This document shows positions 1 through 5,186 of a stretch of 64,000 nucleotides of DNA, piece by piece (within the stretch, counting starts at the first letter, position 1; each line of letters begins with the position of its first letter). Location: the IMG/VR virus record IMGVR_UViG_3300017917_004222, positions 1-64,000 of that record; one strand, written 5' to 3'. A program made the position numbers and the translations under genes. The notes beneath the pieces were generated by a model, which was not told the DNA's origin, ran no database searches, and was given only the letters and a program-made list of their open reading frames with translations. Origin of the DNA: a virus.

Positions 1-2
1 AT

Positions 3-77
3 GGGCTGTAGGTGTTGTAGGGGGCACACGGGCTTTGCAAGCCTGAAGGAACGGTTCGATCCCGTTACGGTCCACCA
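3..77 (+). tRNA. tRNA-Ala(TGC)
   Basis: GGGCTGT/ACGGTCC acceptor with G3:U70, loop TT-TGC-AA, TTCGA T-loop, encoded CCA. Confidence 0.85.
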
Positions 78-87
78 AAGTTTTTTT

Positions 88-166
88 CTGTGTGTATTGT
101 CAGTCAGGTCAGACGGCCGGCCTTGGAAGTCGGAGGTCGCAGGTTCGAATCCTGCCACACAGACCA
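88..166 (+). tRNA. tRNA-Pro(TGG)
   Basis: CTGTGTG/CACACAG acceptor, loop CT-TGG-AA, CCA. Confidence 0.9.
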
Positions 167-171
167 ATCAA

Positions 172-269
172 TCCACTGTAGGCTTGGTGCCCGGGTTGGC
201 GCGCACCCCGAAGAAACGGTTCGATTCCGTTCAATGTGGTTACTTGGGTTCGATTCCCAAGACAGTGGG
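172..269 (+). ncRNA. tRNA-like element with two tandem T-arms
   Basis: TCCACTGT/ACAGTGGG closing stem; two GGTTCGATTCC hairpins; no CCA. Confidence 0.6.
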
Positions 270-278
270 CTTTTTCAT

Positions 279-353
279 ATACCCTTGGTGTTAACGGCAG
301 CATGTCGGTCTCCAAAACCGCGGGAGAAGGTTCGAATCCTTCAGGGTATGCCA
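279..353 (+). tRNA. tRNA-Trp(CCA)
   Basis: ATACCCT/AGGGTAT acceptor, loop CT-CCA-AA, G73, CCA. Confidence 0.9.
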
Positions 354-358
354 GTTTT

Positions 359-414
359 AGGTTCCTTTCAGCAAGCAAAAAACTTTTATCGAAAAAAAGC
401 AAAAGCGGAACCTG
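359..414 (+). ncRNA. CAGCAA-motif armless tRNA-like RNA, copy 1 (loop AT-CGA-AA)
   Basis: AGGTTCC/GGAACCT+G stem, TTTCAGCAA, CTTTT/AAAAG hairpin with 7-nt loop. Confidence 0.7.
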
Positions 415-425
415 TTGATTTTTGT

Positions 426-499
426 TGGGGTATTATGTAATGGTAGCATATCAGACTTTGACTCTGAGAGCGTAGGTTCGATCCCTACTACCCCTACCA
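426..499 (+). tRNA. tRNA-Gln(TTG)
   Basis: cloverleaf, loop CT-TTG-AC, CCA. Confidence 0.9.
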
Positions 500-506
500 A
501 GTTTTT

Positions 507-581
507 GCCTCCATAGCTCAGTGGTAGAGCACCGTCTTGATAAGGCGTAGGTCCTTGGTTCGATCCCAAGTGGCGGCACCA
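507..581 (+). tRNA. tRNA-Ile(GAT)
   Basis: cloverleaf, loop TT-GAT-AA, CCA. Confidence 0.9.
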
Positions 582-590
582 AATTTCCAT

Positions 591-667
591 GGTGTCGATA
601 GTGTAGTGGTCTGCACGGGTGTCTGTGAAACACTCAGTGGCGGGTTCGATCCCCCCTCTTCACCCCA
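591..667 (+). tRNA. tRNA-His(GTG)
   Basis: G-1/C73, loop CT-GTG-AA; some stem mismatches. Confidence 0.85.
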
Positions 668-675
668 TGACATTT

Positions 676-751
676 CCCGCTCCAGCTAACCTGGTGGAAG
701 CGCTGCGCTGAAAACGCAGAGGGACTGGTTCGAAACCAGTGGGCGGGACCA
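676..751 (+). tRNA. tRNA-Phe(GAA)
   Basis: cloverleaf, loop CT-GAA-AA, CCA. Confidence 0.9.
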
Positions 752-759
752 GATTTTTG

Positions 760-789
760 TTGACTGCTGACTGCAGTTGACTATATAAT
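760..789 (+). promoter_or_regulatory. sigma70-type promoter inside tRNA array
   Basis: TTGACT-N18-TATAAT. Confidence 0.6.
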
Positions 790-798
790 GTAGACATT

Positions 799-888
799 GG
801 TGCGGTCCCATAATGGTATTGGAGCGGATTGCTAATCCGTCGATCGGTGAAAGCCGGTTTCTGAGTTCGAGTCTCAGTCGCACCGCCA
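799..888 (+). tRNA. tRNA-Ser(GCT)
   Basis: long variable arm, loop TT-GCT-AA, G73, CCA. Confidence 0.92.
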
Positions 889-896
889 AACAACAT

Positions 897-979
897 GCTG
901 GAGTCGCATAGCGGCGATTGCAACGGTTTTGTAAGCCGTCGGGAAACCCACGTGAGTTCGAGTCTCACCTCCAGCACCA
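897..979 (+). tRNA. tRNA-Thr(TGT) with atypical long variable arm
   Basis: ACGGT/GCCGT stem, loop TT-TGT-AA, V-arm GGG-AAA-CCC, G1:C72/C2:G71. Confidence 0.75.
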
Positions 980-987
980 AGTTTTAT

Positions 988-1062
988 TCCGGAGTAGCAC
1001 AGCGGTAGTGCAGTTGACTGTTAATCAATTGGTCGTAGGTTCGATCCCTGCCTCCGGAGCCA
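988..1062 (+). tRNA. tRNA-Asn(GTT)
   Basis: canonical cloverleaf, CCA. Confidence 0.95.
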
Positions 1063-1068
1063 AACAAT

Positions 1069-1143
1069 GCGGGATTAGCTCAGTGGTAGAGCGAAACGTT
1101 GCCAACGTTTAGGCCATCGGTTCGAATCCGATATTCCGCTCCA
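1069..1143 (+). tRNA. tRNA-Gly(GCC)
   Basis: canonical cloverleaf, U73, CCA. Confidence 0.95.
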
Positions 1144-1150
1144 GACAAAC

Positions 1151-1224
1151 GCTCTTGTAGTTAAGTGGCATAACAAATCCATGGTAAGGATTAGTCGACA
1201 GTTCGATTCTGTACTAGAGCACCA
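1151..1224 (+). tRNA. tRNA-Thr(GGT)
   Basis: loop AT-GGT-AA, CCA. Confidence 0.9.
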
Positions 1225-1230
1225 AACAAT

Positions 1231-1320
1231 AGTGAGTTGCCAGAGAGGCCTATTGGCGCATCTTGGAAAGGTGATGGTCCCGCACGGGGCACGAGAGTTC
1301 GAATCTCTCACTCACTGCCA
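1231..1320 (+). tRNA. tRNA-Ser(GGA)
   Basis: long V-arm, loop TT-GGA-AA, G73, CCA. Confidence 0.9.
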
Positions 1321-1393
1321 TGTAAAAACACATTACGGTCTGAAACAAACCTGCCGGCGGGAATCAGTAGGGTCCTAGTGTGTTACTATATGG
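1318..1393 (+). repeat. conserved long stem, copy A (CATRTAAAAACACATT...AGTGTGTTWCTATATG family)
   Basis: inverted arms near-identical to those at 1800, 2107 and 2232. Confidence 0.65.
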
Positions 1394-1477
1394 AAGGTTA
1401 TCTAGGCTGGGCCTGGGACTGCTTCGAACGCAGAACGATCCGCAAGGGTTGGGGTTCGATTCCTCAGCCTTCCTCCA
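1392..1477 (+). tRNA. tRNA-Ser(CGA), 8/4-type non-canonical cloverleaf, U73
   Basis: GGAAGGTT/AGCCTTCC acceptor, long D-stem with tiny loop, long V-arm. Confidence 0.8.
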
Positions 1478-1479
1478 AA

Positions 1480-1570
1480 CAAGCCCATACCCACCCCTGA
1501 CGTGACTTGAGTCACTGGGCTTGCTCATACAATTCCATACCCCAGACAGACGTGGGCGAGTCCCTGGAAT
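1480..1570 (+). ncRNA. tandem pair of small structured motifs (CCATACCC..GACGTG..GAGTC.CTGG)
   Basis: two copies, 1480-1523 and 1532-1570, with different but paired closing stems. Confidence 0.55.
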
Positions 1571-1579
1571 CTTTTTCAT

Positions 1580-1657
1580 ACCACCTTAGTTCAACTGGAT
1601 AGAACACCGGCCTACGAAGCCGTGAGGTTGGGAGTTCGAATCTCTCAGGTGGTGCCA
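1580..1657 (+). tRNA. tRNA-Arg(ACG)
   Basis: loop CT-ACG-AA, CCA. Confidence 0.92.
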
Positions 1658-1665
1658 GTCAGCAG

Positions 1666-1694
1666 TTGACAACAATCAACTGGTGTGCTACAAT
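1666..1694 (+). promoter_or_regulatory. sigma70-type promoter
   Basis: TTGACA-N17-TACAAT with TG extended -10. Confidence 0.8.
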
Positions 1695-1719
1695 GCAAGC
1701 ATGTTAAGAAATTAACACA

Positions 1720-1732
1720 CGCTCTTTAACAA
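1720..1732 (+). promoter_or_regulatory. rrn-type boxA antitermination site
   Basis: CGCTCTTTAACAA about 25 nt downstream of the -10. Confidence 0.8.
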
Positions 1733-1799
1733 TCTAGCACACAGCAGTCTGAAGGCGCCCAGCAGGGCCGTCCGCTTGCGACAAGCCGACACTTCAGAC

Positions 1800-1842
1800 G
1801 CTATATTAGAACGCATTGATCCTCAGTGTGTTCCACTATAGC
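1800..1842 (+). repeat. conserved long stem, copy B
   Basis: GCTATA-TTA-GAACGCATTGA / TCAGTGTGTTC-CAC-TATAGC. Confidence 0.55.
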
Positions 1843-1862
1843 ATGTTCAAAAGGAGAACAAC

Positions 1863-1892
1863 ATGAAACGTGGTAAATCTGCCAAACGTTAG
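1863..1892 (+). CDS. 9-aa basic micropeptide MKRGKSAKR
   Basis: strong AAGGAG SD with normal spacing before ATG; followed by a hairpin. Confidence 0.45.
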   Translation: MKRGKSAKR

Positions 1893-1953
1893 TGTCATCC
1901 TGGATCCCCGTATGGTCCTGGATGGCACGTAAAAGACAATTGTTACGATCCAT

Positions 1954-2030
1954 CCCTTGCTGGCGTTAATGGTTAGCGTACCGGACTCTTAATCCGCGAG
2001 GTCTCAGTTCGAATCTGAGGCAAGGGACCA
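1954..2030 (+). tRNA. tRNA-Lys(CTT)
   Basis: loop CT-CTT-AA, CCA. Confidence 0.9.
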
Positions 2031-2033
2031 TAT

Positions 2034-2109
2034 GGGGCTATGGTGAAACGGTTATCACAGCGGACTTTTAATCCGTCAATTCAGGGTTCGAATCCCTGTG
2101 GCCCTACCA
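2034..2109 (+). tRNA. tRNA-Lys(TTT)
   Basis: loop CT-TTT-AA, CCA. Confidence 0.9.
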
Positions 2110-2231
2110 TATAAAAACATTTTTGACGCGCACAGCCCGCAATTGGAGCGGGTGTTGTCTGCGGTCTCCTGGCAGAGGCGAAAGGTTCTGTGTGCCAGCG
2201 CAGAGCTGATATTGAAAGTGTTTCTATATGG
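2107..2231 (+). repeat. conserved long stem, copy C, enclosing about 90 nt of GC-rich structure
   Basis: CCATATAAAAACATTT / AAAGTGTTTCTATATGG. Confidence 0.65.
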
Positions 2232-2309
2232 TCATGCAAAAACACATTCTTTGAGGTCTTGGTCGTTACCAGCGTGGCAAAAACGGCGACAGAGTGTGTT
2301 TCTATATGA
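2232..2309 (+). repeat. conserved long stem, copy D
   Basis: TCATGCAAAAACACATTCT / AGAGTGTGTTTCTATATGA. Confidence 0.65.
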
Positions 2310-2385
2310 GTGTGCACTGTGCTACAACTGCCAGGCCTGGGCGAGAGCCAGGCGAACCGCAGACGAACGTGCACAGGGCTTGATT

Positions 2386-2460
2386 GGTGCTATGCGATAG
2401 ACGGATGTCGACGGGTTTCATAAGCCCTGGAGGAAGGATCGATACCTTCTAGCACCACCA
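2386..2460 (+). tRNA. tRNA-Met/Ile2(CAT), atypical T-loop ATCGATA
   Basis: GGTGCTA/TAGCACC acceptor, loop TT-CAT-AA, CCA. Confidence 0.75.
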
Positions 2461-2468
2461 GTTTCAGT

Positions 2469-2545
2469 AGGGGATTCGCCAAGTTGGTTAAGGCACCTGA
2501 TTTTGATTCAGGCATTCGGTGGTTCGAATCCATCATCCTCTGCCA
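2469..2545 (+). tRNA. tRNA-Gln(TTG)
   Basis: loop TT-TTG-AT, G73, CCA. Confidence 0.92.
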
Positions 2546-2552
2546 TAGTATT

Positions 2553-2627
2553 CGGTCCTTGGTGAAATGGATATCATGCTGGTCTTCGAAACCAGCGGTG
2601 GGAGTTCGATCCTCTCAGGACCGGCCA
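2553..2627 (+). tRNA. tRNA-Arg(TCG)
   Basis: loop CT-TCG-AA, CCA. Confidence 0.92.
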
Positions 2628-2632
2628 AGTTT

Positions 2633-2697
2633 AGGATAGGTTCAGCAACCAAAATGCATTCAACTTGTAATTGAAACCGCAAACAACTATCCTGCCA
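2633..2697 (+). ncRNA. CAGCAA-motif armless tRNA-like RNA, copy 2 (loop CT-TGT-AA, ends G-CCA)
   Basis: AGGATAG/CTATCCT+GCCA, GTTCAGCAA, TTCAA/TTGAA hairpin. Confidence 0.75.
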
Positions 2698-2698
2698 T

Positions 2699-2774
2699 GC
2701 TCTTGTAACTCAGTTGGTAGAGTAACGTCTTGATAAGGCGGCGGTCCCTGGTTCGAGTCCAGGCGAGAGCACCA
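2699..2774 (+). tRNA. tRNA-Ile(GAT)
   Basis: loop TT-GAT-AA, CCA. Confidence 0.92.
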
Positions 2775-2775
2775 A

Positions 2776-2946
2776 TCAAAATTGTCCGAGCCAGGCGCGA
2801 GCCTGCTCCACATCAGTGAAGAATCTCATGGTGAGCTGTTCACTATAAATATCGTAGACATAGATGTAGCACACGGTGCGATCTGGGTTGAGGCTGAGAT
2901 GCACATGACCCGCCCCGTTGTTGAACACAAAGTCTCTGGTAATCAT
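2776..2946 (-). CDS. hypothetical protein (56 aa), antisense within tRNA array, late promoter
   Basis: fills the gap between two tRNAs; TAAATA 5 nt upstream of ATG. Confidence 0.7.
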   Translation of the reverse strand: MITRDFVFNNGAGHVHLSLNPDRTVCYIYVYDIYSEQLTMRFFTDVEQARAWLGQF

Positions 2947-2958
2947 GCAAGTATTTAA

Positions 2959-3036
2959 GCGGGTAGATTGTGGCAAGGGGCGCCCAGCGGTCTTCCAAAC
3001 CGATAATGCGGAGTTCGACTCTCCCTACCCGCTCCA
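2959..3036 (+). tRNA. tRNA-Gly(TCC), irregular D-arm
   Basis: loop CT-TCC-AA, U73, CCA. Confidence 0.8.
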
Positions 3037-3092
3037 AGACGTCTCCATTACACACGGAGTACATTAGGAAAAATAGTGTGTAACGAATTCAT

Positions 3093-3167
3093 GCCTGGTT
3101 AGCTCAGCGGTAGAGCAGCGCCCTTACAAGGCGACGGTCGGCGGTTCAATCCCGTCACCAGGTACCA
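3093..3167 (+). tRNA. tRNA-Val(TAC)
   Basis: canonical cloverleaf. Confidence 0.95.
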
Positions 3168-3173
3168 AACAAA

Positions 3174-3244
3174 TGCGGGGAGTCAGGCGAGGGGTCAGTC
3201 TCATAAGCTCGGCCCAGGAGGTTCGAATCCTTCCCCCGCAACCA
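3174..3244 (+). tRNA. initiator-like tRNA-Met(CAT) with reduced D-arm
   Basis: TGCGGGG/CCCCGCA+ACCA as in fMet; loop CT-CAT-AA; D-arm shortened. Confidence 0.6.
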
Positions 3245-3249
3245 ACTTT

Positions 3250-3323
3250 CTCGGTGTAGTGAAATGGTATCACCCGTGCTTTGGGAGCATGTAGCGCAAG
3301 TTCGATTCTTGCCACCGAGACCA
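3250..3323 (+). tRNA. tRNA-Pro(TGG)
   Basis: loop TT-TGG-GA, CCA. Confidence 0.9.
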
Positions 3324-3332
3324 ATTGACAAT

Positions 3333-3352
3333 GCACAGGTACCAGAGTGGTC
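3333..3352 (+). pseudogene. 5' fragment of a disrupted tRNA (probably Cys)
   Basis: GCACAGG-TA-CCAGAGTGGTC; acceptor pairs with CCTGTGC-T-CCA at 4166-4176. Confidence 0.75.
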
Positions 3353-3414
3353 TTGAAAACTAGGTTTTCGGAATCGAGGTGTGGTTTAACTACTCTGCTT
3401 TCCGCCAAAGTTAT

Positions 3415-3490
3415 GTAGATGTGACCCGAATGGCCAGGGACCGGATTGCAAATCCGGTATATGCAGGTTCAAATCCTGTCATCTACTCCA
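3415..3490 (+). tRNA. tRNA-Cys(GCA)
   Basis: loop TT-GCA-AA, U73, CCA. Confidence 0.93.
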
Positions 3491-3528
3491 TTTTACGAAC
3501 TTATGCTATATATAAAGCGAGAGTTCAA

Positions 3529-4152
3529 ATGTTTTGTGAAAATTGTAAAAAAGAGCACAACGGTAGTTACGGATCAGGAAGATTTTGCGGAGCTAAGTGT
3601 GCTCGCGGGTTTTCTACTAAAAATAAAAGAGTGGAAATAAATCGAAAAGTTTCTGCCAAAATGTCTAATAGGTCGTTGTCAGATGAACACAAGAAAAACA
3701 TAGAACAAGCAAACAATTTTAATCGAAAAGAGAAAATTACAAAAAATTGTTTGAATTGTAACACTACAATGCTATGTCGGCCATCAGATCACAGGAAATT
3801 TTGTACATCAAAATGCTGGGCAAACTACACAGAAAAAAATAAAGAACCTTTTTTGTTATACAGACAAAGATGCAACTTTGATTTCAAGTTTGAAGATCAT
3901 CCAGATAAATTTGATTTATCACTAGTAGAACAATTTGGATGGTATAGCCCGAGCAACAAAGGAAACAATTTAGATGGTGTTTCTAAAGATCACATGGTCA
4001 GTGTTAGGACCGGGTTTGAGTTGGGGATAGACCCTGAAATTATTAAACACCCGGCCAACTGTAAATTAATGTTACACCGACAAAATCAAAGTAAAAACCA
4101 AAAAAGCTCAATTAGAGTCGAGGAATTAATCGAAAGAATAAAAAATTGGTGA
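3529..4152 (+). CDS. HNH-type homing endonuclease with Zn-finger/NUMOD3-like N-terminus
   Basis: CxxC..FCxxxC motifs, SKDHMVS...HPANCKLMLHRQNQSK HNH-like core, AT-rich. Confidence 0.85.
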   Translation: MFCENCKKEHNGSYGSGRFCGAKCARGFSTKNKRVEINRKVSAKMSNRSLSDEHKKNIEQANNFNRKEKITKNCLNCNTTMLCRPSDHRKFCTSKCWANYTEKNKEPFLLYRQRCNFDFKFEDHPDKFDLSLVEQFGWYSPSNKGNNLDGVSKDHMVSVRTGFELGIDPEIIKHPANCKLMLHRQNQSKNQKSSIRVEELIERIKNW

Positions 4153-4176
4153 GTTCGAATCTCACCCTGTGCTCCA
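4148..4176 (+). pseudogene. 3' fragment (T-arm plus acceptor) of the disrupted tRNA
   Basis: GGTGAGTTCGAATCTCAC-CCTGTGC-T-CCA; overlaps the endonuclease stop codon. Confidence 0.8.
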
Positions 4177-4181
4177 ATCAT

Positions 4182-4271
4182 GGAAGATAGGCTGTATGGT
4201 GCAGACGCGGTCTTGAAAACCGTCCCGCTGTTGAGGAAACGGCGACAGTTCGATTCTGTTATCTTCCTCCA
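4182..4271 (+). tRNA. tRNA-Ser(TGA), 8/4-type non-canonical cloverleaf, U73
   Basis: GGAAGATA/TATCTTCC acceptor, ACAG/CTGT T-stem, long V-arm. Confidence 0.82.
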
Positions 4272-4289
4272 CTAACAAGGAGAACGTGC

Positions 4290-4466
4290 ATGAAAGCCGT
4301 GTATTTTGAAAACCTACGCAACCGCGAACGTTTCTATTGCACTGATGTCAAGGACGTTCGCATGATCGACGGTGTAGAATATCTGCGTGTGTTCCGTGAA
4401 GGTACCCAGCGTGATTGCTTGGTCAAACGGGAACTGTTGCGCAGGATACCTGCACCAAGTAAATAA
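4290..4466 (+). CDS. hypothetical protein (58 aa)
   Basis: AAGGAG SD, ORF MKAVYFENLRNRERF... Confidence 0.75.
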   Translation: MKAVYFENLRNRERFYCTDVKDVRMIDGVEYLRVFREGTQRDCLVKRELLRRIPAPSK

Positions 4467-4467
4467 C

Positions 4468-4498
4468 GCCGCGGTAGCTCATCAGGTAGAGCAGCAGA
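4468..4498 (+). pseudogene. 5' half of a truncated tRNA (Phe-like)
   Basis: GCCGCGG-TA-GCTC-ATCAGGTA-GAGC-A-GCAGA, then an abrupt break before the anticodon loop. Confidence 0.75.
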
Positions 4499-4516
4499 GT
4501 AGGCATAAATAGACTT

Positions 4517-5107
4517 ATGCTAACCTGTAAATACTGCCAAAAAGAATGCAAGAGCGAGAACTCTTTAAGAAATCACGAACGTTGTTGTCCGCATAATCCG
4601 TCTAGAGTATACAAAAACGGCATGCTAGGAAAAAAAGGATCCAACCAGTTTACCTTGGCGAAGCGATTAGGGAATAATGTCCCTGCCGCATGGAACAAAG
4701 GTTTGCCGGGGTTCTTTGCAGGTAAAAAACACAGCGACGAATCTAAAAGAAAAATTAGCGAAAAACTTTCAGTCAACAACAAAGGCGGAAGAGCCAAGTG
4801 GTATGACGTTGCTGGGCAACGAGTTCAAGGTACCTGGGAAAGAGATATAGCATCGAAGTTGACTGATCTCGGAGTCCCGTGGATAAAGTTAAAGACAAAC
4901 AAAGATACACTGAAGTATGTTATGAACGGGAAAGAGCGTTCATATACTCCTGACTTTTATCTTCCTGAATTCGATATGTACCTTGAGATCAAAGGTTTTT
5001 GGTGGGGAGATGATCGAGAAAAGATGCGTATTGTACTCGAAACGCACACCGACAAACGTATTGTAATAATAGAGAAACAAGAGTACGAACAAATTTTGCT
5101 GCTTTAG
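4517..5107 (+). CDS. homing endonuclease: Zn-finger + NUMOD3 + PD-(D/E)XK nuclease
   Basis: CKYC..HERCC, AWNKG..KHSDESKRKIS, YTPDFYL...LEIKG; AT-rich. Confidence 0.85.
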   Translation: MLTCKYCQKECKSENSLRNHERCCPHNPSRVYKNGMLGKKGSNQFTLAKRLGNNVPAAWNKGLPGFFAGKKHSDESKRKISEKLSVNNKGGRAKWYDVAGQRVQGTWERDIASKLTDLGVPWIKLKTNKDTLKYVMNGKERSYTPDFYLPEFDMYLEIKGFWWGDDREKMRIVLETHTDKRIVIIEKQEYEQILLL

Positions 5108-5173
5108 CTGATGTGGTCATAGCAACGGACTGAAAATCCGAGGAACCCTGTTCGATCCGGGGAGGCAGCACCA
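5098..5173 (+). tRNA. tRNA-Phe(GAA), overlapping the endonuclease 3' end
   Basis: GCTGCTT/AGGCAGC acceptor, loop CT-GAA-AA, CCA. Confidence 0.9.
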
Positions 5174-5186
5174 ACAAGGACTGTGT

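Noticed and set aside
2250-2291. preQ1 riboswitch-like pseudoknot
   Set aside because: Only a loose resemblance; consensus nucleotides are not matched and there is no downstream gene to regulate.
1-2813. Numerous 60-116 aa ORFs in the ORF track over the tRNA array
   Set aside because: They overlap clear tRNA cloverleaves on either strand and lack an SD or protein-like composition; shadow ORFs.
3379-3528. N-terminal extension of the HNH ORF given by the track
   Set aside because: It runs through tRNA-Cys; the ATG at 3529 starts the Zn-finger domain and is the plausible start.
3333-4176. Group I intron or spliced tRNA interpretation of the split tRNA
   Set aside because: Joining the two pieces gives no anticodon arm, and no group I core elements were recognised; an insertion with deletion fits better.
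4182-4271. Selenocysteine or suppressor tRNA, or stop-codon recoding
   Set aside because: The anticodon is TGA (reads UCA), not TCA; no CTA, TTA or TCA anticodons were found, and long genes are intact under the standard code with all three stops in use.
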